From assembly GCA_030390025.1 (NCBI GenBank), contig CM059432.1:128094001-128158000 (forward strand): a stretch of 64,000 nucleotides of DNA, in the 5' to 3' direction. Below the pieces are notes generated by a model. That model searched no databases. It was not told the DNA's origin and saw only the letters and a program-made list of their open reading frames with translations. This stretch comes from Squalus acanthias. Taxonomy: Eukaryota. The first letter of the stretch is position 1; each line of letters opens with the position of its first letter. A program made the translations under genes and the position numbers. Positions 1 through 64,000 of the stretch are shown here, piece after piece.

Positions 1-980
1 TCCCCTAGTCCTTGTACCATCAACTAGTGGAAACAGCCTTTCCCCATCTAGCCTATCCAAACCCATCATAATCTTGTACACCTCTATCAAATCATCCCTC
101 AACCTCCTTTGCTCTAATGAAAATAAATCCAGCTTCTCCAACCTGTCCTTGTAGCTAAGATCCTCCATCCCTGGAGCAATTCTGGTAAATCTCCTCTACA
201 CCCTCTCAAGGGCTTTCACATCCTTCCTATAGTGTGGTGACCAGAACTGGACGCAATACTCCAGTTGTGGCCTAACCAGCGCTTTATAAAGATTCAGCAT
301 AACTTCTCTACTTTTGTATTCAATACCTCTATTTATGAAGCCCAAGATCCCATATGCTTTGTTAACCACTCTCAATATACCCTGCTACCTTCAGGGACCT
401 ATGCACATTAACTCCCAGGTCCCTCTGTCCCTGCATACTCTTTAAAACAGTGCCATTTAGTAATATTGCCTCTCCCTGTTCCTTCTGCCAAAATACATCA
501 CCTCACGCTTCTCTGTATTAAACTCCATCTGCCCATTCAGCTAGCCTTTCTATGTCCTGTTGTAGTCGATTGGTATCATCCTCACTGTTTGCCACACCTC
601 CAGGTTTGGTGTCATCGGCAAATTTAGAAATTCTACTCTGTATTCCAATATCCAGGTCATTATATATCTCAAAAAAGAAGTGGCCCCAGCACTGACCCTT
701 GGAGAACACCACTGTCTACCATCCTCCAGTCTGAAACACAACCATTTACCACAACTTGCTGTTTTATGTCGTTCAGCCAATTCCTTATCCAAGCTGCCAC
801 TGACCCACCTATTCCATGAGCCTCAATTTTGTTAACCAGCCTTCTATGTGGTACTTTGTCAAACGTCTTCCAAAAGTCCATGTAGACAACATCCATTGCA
901 TTCCCTTCATCAATCCTCTGTTACTTCATCAAAAAATTCAATTAGATTAATCAAACACAATCTGCCTTTTACAAATCCGT
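1..980 (-). mobile_element. CR1 LINE fragment (ORF2 reverse transcriptase region), truncated by window start
   Basis: Minus-strand peptides VYMDFWKTFDKVPH, SGVLQGSVLGPLLF, SKFADDTK; frameshifted; closely similar to 30520-31379 plus 34811-34950. Confidence 0.9.
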
Positions 981-1020
981 GTCTGTGGCAAAAGCAGTAT
1001 GTGAATATATGTGTGTCTGT

Positions 1021-1651
1021 GGCTGAAATTTTGCTCACCTCGGCGGGGCCGATGTCAGTGGCGGGTCAAGGCCCCGCTGCTGGCTCCATCCCGCTGCTTA
1101 AAATGAATTTAGCTCAATGGGGCTTGTTAAGCCCGCCCAGCGTGTTTCCCGGCCCAATTAGATGGAGCAGGTTTGGTGATGTCATTCATGACGCGTCTTG
1201 AACCGGTTTCCTTAAAGGTACAATGGCCACCTTACTTTTGACATTTGTGCTGTCAGTGTTCTACAGCATTGAAGTGCTGCAAACACTGACAGTCACTGCA
1301 CAGAGGTGCAGGGCTGCACCCAGGTTCTCCCTTGACTCCCTCCATATGCTTTTCGAGGGAGTCAGAGTGCGCAGGGTGGTCCTCTTCCCTTCCGATGGGT
1401 GGAACAGACCTCCCCAGGAGACCAAGACAACCAGGTTGCACATTGCAGAGGAGGTCACAAGCAGGGATGTCGTCAGGAAGACTTGGGTGCAGTGGCGCAA
1501 ACCTTTCAATGATCTCATGAGATCAGGAAACGTGAGTACAAAGCCACACTCACCTTCATCCTGCTGTGTGTCTCATCACATCTCCATCACTCTGCCTTCC
1601 CTACCTAACTCCTGCACATCCTTACTCACACCAACTTACCTTGCACTTCCA

Positions 1652-1730
<79 letters not shown>

Positions 1731-1907
1731 ATTATCACATCCCCATCTCAGTAGCCACCCCTCACACTCACCCTCATCCTAGTGCAATCATACCAACTAA
1801 CAACACACAAGGGTAGCCACTTGGATTCCCGACCCGCTGTCAAAAAAATCAAATTTCCCACCCAACCCGCCACCGATCCCGCCCGCTGACCCCGGAAAAT
1901 TCTGGCC
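1021..1907 (+). mobile_element. Internally deleted PIF/Harbinger element retaining the first Myb/SANT-like exon
   Basis: Imperfect TIRs ggctgaaatttt / aaaattctggcc, 3-bp TSD TGT. Peptide AAPRFSLDSLHMLFEGVRVRRVVLFPSDG...RKTWVQWRKPFNDLMRSG is followed by gtgagt and is homologous to the Myb exon at 40938-41177. Confidence 0.85.
1657..1728. repeat. (CT)36 microsatellite inside the Harbinger derivative
   Basis: Direct reading. Confidence 0.95.
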
Positions 1908-2008
1908 TGTGTGTTTATAAAGTGTATATATGAGGAGAAGCAGGAGTATTGTAATGCTGCTAATTTTGTACCACATGAAGTAACTATTTGGATTTTGTTT
2001 CATTTTAG

Positions 2009-56328
<54,320 letters not shown>

Positions 56329-56984
56329 TAGGAACCTATTTCAACAATACTACGGTAGCACAAATTGTGTCCGATATTCAGTTCCATTGGGCAGGGCATA
56401 TAACAAGTGGCTGATACGATACCGACCATTTTTGGGAACTGCCCAAGACAGATTTTTACCGCACTAACCGCAAATAAAAAAAATTATTTTAAGCTGGAAG
56501 TTCTAATTTGAGGTTTGTTAAAATAATGTGATTGTGAATTTAGTCTGTACTGAAATCTTGAGTATTATAGCATTAGCAATGTAACTCCAAAAATAGACTC
56601 TCATTGAAATTATTACCATCACAATATAGAATGACCTGTTGTGTCAAAAGCTTTAGCAACCAGAAATGTATATTATGACATGGGTTTAATAGCAAGCTTC
56701 ACTGTGGATTTCCATTAGCATAGTTTGTTTTTAGTTGTTTTAATTCTTGAAGATCTACTAATACAAATGCAATACTAATCCTTATGCAAGGCAATTTTCT
56801 GGTATGTCTACAGAAGATGAAATTTGCACAAATAGCTTTACAGATCAGTATATAAAATAAGGCGCAATACTTTTGAGTTTAAATATTTGCTGTTATACAC
56901 GTAAAATAGTTACACTACGTCAGGAAATAAATTGTTAGCAGTGCTTATACATTTGAGTTGTACCTCGCCTTTAATGGTGTTAAT

Positions 56985-57503
56985 TCCACCATCTACAAGG
57001 CACAAGTAAGGAGTGTGATGGCATACTCTCCACTTGCCTGGATGAGTGCAGCTCCAACAACACTCAAGAAGCTCGACACCATCCAGGACAAAGCAGCCCG
57101 TGTGATTGGCACCCCATCCACCACCGGTGTACCATGGCTGCAGTGTATACCATCTACAAGATGCACTGCAGCAACTTACCAAGGTTTCTTCGGCAGCACC
57201 TCCCAAATCCGCGATGTCTTCCACCTAGAAGGACAAGGGCAGCAGGCGCATGGGAACACCACCACCTCCAAGTTCCCCTCCAAGTCACACACCATCCTGA
57301 CTTAGAAGTATATCGCCGATCCTTCATCGTCGCTGGGTCAAAATCTTGGAACTCCCTACCTAACAGCACTGTGGGAGTACCTTCACCACATGGACTGCAG
57401 CGGTTCAAGAAGGCGGCTCACCACCACCTTCTCGAGGGCAATTAGGTATGGGCGATAAATGCTGGCCTCGCCAGTGACGCCCACATCCCATTAAAAAAAA
57501 AAA
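56985..57503 (+). mobile_element. HER1-like LINE 3' end
   Basis: STIYKAQVRSVMAYSPLAW; tail gcccacatccca plus A-run. Confidence 0.88.
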
Positions 57504-57965
57504 GAATAATTCCCCTGTTGAGACTCTTCTGACAGATTTTGTATCTGCTTCTTGTAATAACTTGGGATTTTAAGGCACTGTTTTCTCAAACAGCCTGACA
57601 ACACTTTCCTTGAGCAGCTCTTGCCTCTTCTATATCTTTCACTTTCTGCTCTTGCAGAAATAATGTAACCTGCATCCAACAATCAAAATTGATTGTGGGA
57701 AACTGCACATTGAAGTCAATGTAAGATTCCCACCTTGACTACAGTCTATTGGAATACAGAAAATACCACACACTAAACCATCTATGTGCACTCTAAAGCG
57801 TTGGAAGAGATTTATTCACATTTAAATAATTTGGAGAGAGAAACAGAGTTATTGACCTGAAACATTAACATTTAAGGATGCCGCGTAGATGTTAAGTTTT
57901 GTTTCCCGTTTAATGCTCCTTTTATCCCGTAACCTCACACGGAGCCTTTCAAAAGCACTACTGGC

Positions 57966-58107
57966 CGATGTTCCCACTAAGTTGCATGGCCACGCAGTCA
58001 TATGCATGGTTCCACGCAGACCGCCCACCGGCTTTTCCAGTGTAAATACTGTGCATGCGCAGAAATTTAAAAGAAACAGGCCGCGCAGAACAAAGCGGGG
58101 ATCATTG
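57966..58107. mobile_element. Short hAT-type MITE in the RTE fossil
   Basis: TIR cgatgttccc / gggatcattg, 8-bp TSD ctactggc/gtactggc. Confidence 0.7.
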
Positions 58108-58567
58108 GTACTGGCTTTAAATAATCTGTGGTTCACTTCCATCATCTAGGAGTGTATCAGGTGACATGGTGCTTCCTAGGTAGGTGAACCTGTCCACTGC
58201 AGCATGTGCCCTTAGATAGTAATATTGGGTGGCATGTAAGGTTTTCCAGGAGCAGGGTGGTATATAACTTCCATCATCGTCAGACTGATAATGAGGCCAA
58301 ATCTCTTAAAAGCATCCGAGAATTGGTACATGATGACTTGGAGGTCCTCTTTGTGTGGACAACAAGGGCACAGTCATCAGCAAACAAGAGCTCCCAATCA
58401 AGTTGTGCAGAGGTCTTGGATTTAAGCTGCAGGTGGCGGAGATTGTACAATTTGCCATCCGTCCTGAAGTGAATATACGTTCCTTCATCCAAGTTCCTAA
58501 AGGCATAAGTACGCATAGAAGCAAACAAGGTACTAAAAAAAAAGGAGCTAAAACACAACCTTGTTTA

Positions 58568-59050
58568 AGAACATAAGAAATAGGAGCAGGAGTAGGCCAT
58601 TTGGCCCCTCGAGCCTGCTCCACCGTTCAATAAGATCATGGCTGATCTTCTATCTCAACTCCACTTTCCTGCACTATCCCCATATCCCTTGATTCCCTTA
58701 GTATCCAAAAATCTATCCATCTCTGTCTCGAATATACTCAACGACTGAACCTCCACAGCCCTCTGGGGTAGAGAATTCCAAAGATTCACCACCCTCTGAG
58801 AGAAGAAATTTCTCCTCATCTCAGTCCTAAATGGCTGACTCCTTATTCTGAGACTGTGACCCCTGGTTCTAGACTCCCCAGCCAGGGGAAACATTCTCCC
58901 TGCATCTACCCTGTCAAGCCCTGGAAATATATCGCCATTCCTTCATCATCGCTGGGTCAAAATCCTGGAACTCTGTCCCTAACAGCACTGTGGCAGTACC
59001 TTCACCACACGGACTGCAGCGGTTCAAGAAGGTGGCTCACCACCACCTTC
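58568..59050. mobile_element. CR1 3' end (minus, 58568-58920) abutting a HER1-like fragment (plus, 58921-59050)
   Basis: MFPLAGESRTRGHSLRIR on minus with ttcttatgttct tail; then ctggaaatatatcgccattcc HER1-like sequence. Confidence 0.8.
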
Positions 59051-59603
59051 ATTGGAGACAAGGAACTGGTTGGAAACGTCACAGTCTTCCGTGGTTCTTG
59101 CCACCATGGAACTAGTGGATTACCTAGATAAACTTTTCAGGACCGCCACCTTTAACCAGTAGCTTCCAAAGACCCTCTCTGCTGGCTGTATTGAAAGCCT
59201 TTGTGAGATTAACACACAGTGAAGGTTCAAGTTTTGTTCTTGACACTTTTCCTGATGTTGTCTTGTTAAATGCAGCTTTCTTCGATCTTGATGACTGCCC
59301 TTTCAACCATGCTTGGTTAAGGGTACAGAGCAATTCAGTGACCTCCATGTCATTCTCATCAAACCAGTCTTGGTATTCTCTGGTTTTTGGCTCTGGGGTC
59401 TTACTGGCTGCAGAGTATGAGGCATCCCTGAAGGTTTTTCCAGTCCATTTTGATGCCAGAAGCTTTGTTTACAGTGTAAAGATTATCTTCCACATCTTGA
59501 CACAGCCGATTTTCTACTGCTGCTGCTTTAAGTTTTGAGACATTTAATCAGGTAGGGTTTTTTTTCATCTTGTGGTCTTAGATATTGAGCTATCTAGAGA
59601 CCA

Positions 59604-60208
59604 ACTTTTTTTTTATTCATTCATGGGATGTGGGCGTGCTGCCAAGGCCAGCATTTATTGCCCATCCCTCATTGCCCTTGTGACGGTGGTGGTGAGCCAT
59701 CTTCTTGAACCGCTGCAGTCCGTGTGGTGAAGGTACTCCCACAGTGCTGTTAGGGACAGAATTCCAGGATTTTGACCCAGCGACGACGAAGGAATGGCGA
59801 TCTATTTCCAAGTCAGGATGGTGTGTGACTTGGAGGGGATAGTGTTCCCATGCGCCTGCTGCCCTTGTCCTTCTCAGTGGTAGAGATCGTGAGGTTGGGA
59901 GGTGCTGTCGAAGAAACCTTGGCAAGTTACTGCAGTGCACTGGTGGTGAAGGGAGTGAATGTTTAAGGTGGTGGATGGAGTGCCAATCAAGCAGGCTGCT
60001 TTGTCCTGGATGGTGTTGAGCTTCTTGAGTGTTGTTGGAGCTGCACTCACCCAGGCAAGTGGAGAGTATTCATCACCCTCCTGACTTGTGCCTTGTAGAT
60101 GGTGGAAAGGCTTTGGGGAGTCAGGAGGTGAGACACTCGCTGCAGAATACCCAGCCTCTGATCTGCTCTTGTAGCCACAGTATCTATGTAGCTGGTCCAG
60201 TTAAATTT
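59604..60208 (-). mobile_element. HER1-like LINE 3' part
   Basis: NWTSYIDTVATRADQRLGIL; tail with T-run on plus at about 59605. Confidence 0.88.
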
Positions 60209-60619
60209 GGTTTTGCTCGGATGAGTCTGTGGTCCTTCCAAGACTCTGCTTCCCTCATGATTCGTGTGATCTTAACCTCTTCGACATCCCTCTGGAGGAC
60301 CAGTGTGTAGTCAATCATGTGCCAATGTTTGGAAGTAATGCACAGTGGAAATTTTACCCCAATATCCTGAAAAAGGCCGATAGATTGGTAATGAGAATGT
60401 AACGCACATAATCAGGTATGAGCTGCTTCGCACCTTGGTGTCTGCACCCATAGGATTACAACATCTGTTGGCTAACCTCTTGCTCTAGTTCACAATAGTC
60501 TAAAATACCAATCGAATGGACTAATTATAAACAGGAAAAGAGTAGACTGAAGTAAAGGTAAGGTAACTAAGACAGAAGTATGGGTAATGGAGTAGTGTTT
60601 ATAAACAAAAAAGCAACCA

Positions 60620-62750
60620 AAAAAAAGAGCTTCAATGTTAAGTATGTGGGAAATAAACTGGGGCAACTGGAAGCAATTATTTTACATGAAGATCTAGACT
60701 TAAAGGCATCAACAAAAACCTGGCTGCAAACCAGCAGCAAATGGAAAATAAACATATTGGCATATAATATATTTAGAGGTATAGAAAAGATAAGAAAGTA
60801 GGTAGAGTGATAATATTGGTAAAAGAGGAAATAAATGCTGTCGAAAACGCTGATGTAGATGAGAAAGGGATACAGACATAGTCAATATGGTTGGAGCAGA
60901 AAGATTTAAAAGAAGAGCTTGATACATTCGATGGAGTATATTACAGACCTCCAAATTGTGGGAAGGAAATAGAATAGGATATACGCCATCAGATCAGAAA
61001 GATGAGTAGGAATTACAAAATTATTGTTCTGGGAGATTTTAATTATCCACTTGTCAATTGGGACAGGGGGGAAAAAAAGGAATGCTAAAATGTATACAAG
61101 ACTCTCTTATCAAGCAGTACGTCAGTCGGCCTACAAGGGTGGAGGCGTTGGTAGATCTCGTTCTGAATAATGACAGATTAGCTAAATGTGGGTGAGCACC
61201 TTGGGACTAGTGGCCACAATATAAGGTTTAAGGTCCAACTAGAAAGGGGGGAAAAAGTCACTACAAAAACTCGGACACCAGATTTTATTAGGGAGATTCA
61301 AGAAAGATAAGCAAGCTAACTGAGATGAGGTGGATGGAGAAATTAGCACACAGGCCTGCAGAGCAACTGTGGGATTTTTTTAAAAAAAGGTTACAGAGAT
61401 AGAGAATAAGTATATTCATTAAAAAGAGAAACTACTAAAAGTTTAGGATGCCATAGATAAATAGAAGCCAATTAAAATTGAAGAGGGGCTATCAGGGCTA
61501 TAAGAATAATGAAAAAACTAGAGTATGAGAAAATAAGAAACTAGGTTAAGTGTGGGATATGGAAAGCTAACACGGAGTATGAGGGGGAAAAAATGTCACA
61601 AAACATAAGTATATCAGGAAAAAGGGAATTGTTAAAAATGAGGTAGGGCCCCTGAAAGGAGAGGATTGTCAATTTGCAGATGATGCAAAAATGATAGAAG
61701 TAATTAATAAATACATTGCCTCGGTTTTTACTGAAGGAGAGGGGTATCTGAGAAAAAGTAAAATCCTAAAAGTAGTTGAGAGCAAGAGGAGCGATATAAT
61801 GATGGATAAGAAGAAATTTTAGATGTTAGTTAAACTGAAGGAAGACAAAGCGCTACAGCCTGAAAGAATACATCCAAGGATCATGAGGGAGGAAATTGCA
61901 GAGGTCCTAGAAATTATGGGGGTAATTTTAACCACACTAAATGGATGGGTTGGAGTCAGGTGGGATGTTGAACCCGACTCCAACCTGCGTACCTCATATT
62001 TAACCTGTCTTCCAGGCTTAACCCTGGCCGGCCGGGTTTCCCAGGCGTCTGGAAATCCAGCAGCTGAAGGGAGGTGAGGACTGCTTTGTGGAAAAGGTAG
62101 TTGCCTTTACAGTACTGTTTGTGGGCCAGGAGGAGCAGGAGTGCTTCCTCCCAGCCCACCAAGCTTAGCTTCTTCCCTGCCCGCCATCGGACCCCTATCC
62201 AAAGACCGCCCCCCAACCCGGGTATCAGATCACCCCCCCCCCCGGGACTGGGGATCGAACCTGCCCCCCATGCTCCCACTAACGCAACTGCAGACTCCCT
62301 ACCTGTAGCCTACGGGCGGGGAACCTGCTAGAAAAAAGACGCACACTGGAGTTAAAACTCCACAGCATGCAGGAACAAAACTTCCCCCACCCCACCACAC
62401 TCACGGAAACCCGCCCCAGTCAATATCGGGGCCTATATTTCAGGGTTCCATTGAGTGTGGATGTGTGCCAGAGCACTGGAGAGTGATAGATCTGGAACCC
62501 ATTTTTTAAAAAGGAGACAGAGTTAATCTGTGTAATTACAGGCCAGTTAGTTTAACATCTGTGGTAGGGAAATATCTAGAGCCTTTAATTAAGGATGAAA
62601 TTACCATGCATTTAGGTAAAGAGAAAATAGTTAGATGTAGTCAGTACAGATATCAAAAGGGAAGATCATGCTTGACAAATCTCATAGAATCTTTGAGGAT
62701 GTAACTGTAAGGATAGGCACGTATAGATTATTAAATAGAATAAGCCAGTT
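60620..62750 (+). mobile_element. Old degraded CR1 LINE (endonuclease to RT start)
   Basis: YRPPN, GDFNYP, IHPRI, NYRPVSLTS, GRSCLTNL motifs with many stops. Confidence 0.8.
61918..62433. mobile_element. Harbinger-type MITE inserted in CR1
   Basis: TSD TAT; removal restores EVLEIIFQGSIECGCVPEHWR. Confidence 0.8.
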
Positions 62751-62863
62751 GGCATTGTATAGAATATTGAGCTAGAGTTGTTGGGTTAAAACACACTTCA
62801 GAAAGACACACAGATATACCAGGCAGCCTTTTAGCACGGCGGGGGACAGTGTGAAGAAATAAT

Positions 62864-63625
62864 GGCCCGGAATTTGCAGTCAGCATCGAAGTGACGTCGC
62901 TTGTTGCTGACCTCGAAGAAAGTTGCCCACAAAGATCTAGCGATCTCTGTAGCGTGAATTTCAGCTCTCCCGATGTTTGTTTGAAACTGGCGCCAAATCA
63001 AGCATATCTCCAGTGTTCTTCAAATGTGATGTCATCAAGCAGGCTAAGCAGCCAATTACATTGAAGAATTCTCAGACAGCAAACCAGGAAGTAAAATGCA
63101 CAGATTATAATTTGCTTTTTATAAATTTTACAGAGAACAAAATAAAGATTGGGACATATACATAGGATTAAGGTAGAAGCTAAAATATCATGAACAAACA
63201 TTTTTTAATAAATTATTTTAAAAACCATGTAATTTTTATCATACTAATGGAAAAAATTGACATTCCGCAAATATAAAATTTGTTTTTCAGGGCCAGAACG
63301 GTTGTTCAGCAGTCTCTATGCCGTTTAAAACCTAGTTACACCTCTTTCAACAAGACTTAACCTTTTCAGGGGTGGGGGCGTTTAACAGTGATATTCCAGC
63401 GTAATAGGGGAAATTTTCGTCCCTCAGTGTGATTTGAATCGATTGCCGACTCCAGGAAGTTCCACAGAGCAACCTGTGGCGGAGCAGCGAATGACTGACA
63501 GCAACTTTTGGATTTCAGCATTTATCTGTGCATGCGCTGACTCCGGACGTTTCTGTCACTTTCAGAGGAGTAATGACGGCGAACGCTGACCGTTTTGCCG
63601 ACATTACCACAGCAATATCCGAGCC
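62864..63625. mobile_element. Harbinger-type MITE
   Basis: TIR ggcccggaatttgc / gcaatatccgagcc, TSD AAT/ATT. Confidence 0.75.
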
Positions 63626-64000
63626 ATTGTCGATTGCTGAATGGACTCCAGTGTATATAAGGGAATGTATTTCTTTTGCAATAAAGATTGGAGGTGATAA
63701 GACATCAAAGGCAGGCACAACAAATGGTAGCAGCTAATAGCAGCTGTATTAACAGCATACACACAGACAGATTGTGATGACATACGGCACACACATTTGT
63801 CCTACGTAATTAAACCTATAAAAATACAACATACTGGAGTGCCTAGATAACTTCAATCTGCTCTTTGTGAGGCTAGCATAAGCAGGCAAGACAACATGTT
63901 TGCAATTTTCTAATGAAGAATCTTTTGCACGTGAGTTATAATCAATACCAATCTCCTATGCATTCTATGACTGGAATCCATCTTGGTTTACCTTGGCTTT

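Larger units (their letters stand above)
57875..60340 (-). mobile_element. Fragmented RTE-clade (BovB-like) LINE hosting several younger insertions
   Basis: SKHWHMIDYTLV...ITRIMREAESWKDHRLIR (endonuclease), NLTKAFNTASREGLWKLL, LKQGCVLAP, FRTDGKLYNL, ELLFADDCAL. Confidence 0.8.

Noticed and set aside
1223..1816. 197-aa ORF as a host gene
   Set aside because: It lies within a TIR/TSD-bounded Harbinger derivative, and its C-terminal part is read-through into intron-like sequence and the CT microsatellite.

Overview
Vertebrate, most likely shark/chondrichthyan, intragenic DNA (inferred from the repeat families). The only host gene is an internal segment of ASAP1 (ArfGAP with SH3, ankyrin repeat and PH domain 1) on the + strand. 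Five coding exons (2009-2078, 29277-29364, 42785-42833, 49521-49684, 56141-56274) join in frame with GT-AG sites and encode part of the PH domain and the start of the ArfGAP zinc finger. The introns are packed with mobile DNA: CR1-clade LINEs (one essentially full length), HER1-like LINEs and an HE1-like SINE, L2, an RTE/BovB-like fossil, a hAT transposase fossil, an autonomous-type PIF/Harbinger element (transposase plus spliced Myb/SANT gene) and many Harbinger, pogo/Tc1 and hAT MITEs. The most notable structures are: (i) two fold-back Penelope-like insertions with long TSDs carrying minimal hammerhead ribozyme motifs (a ~950-bp palindrome with two motifs, and a 185-bp hairpin with one); (ii) a four-level nested insertion, Harbinger > CR1(-) > CR1(+) > pogo MITE, reconstructable almost to the base. 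These are instances of known element classes, and I found no clearly novel gene system. Most ORFs in the track are TE fragments or noise. TE boundaries without TSDs are approximate.
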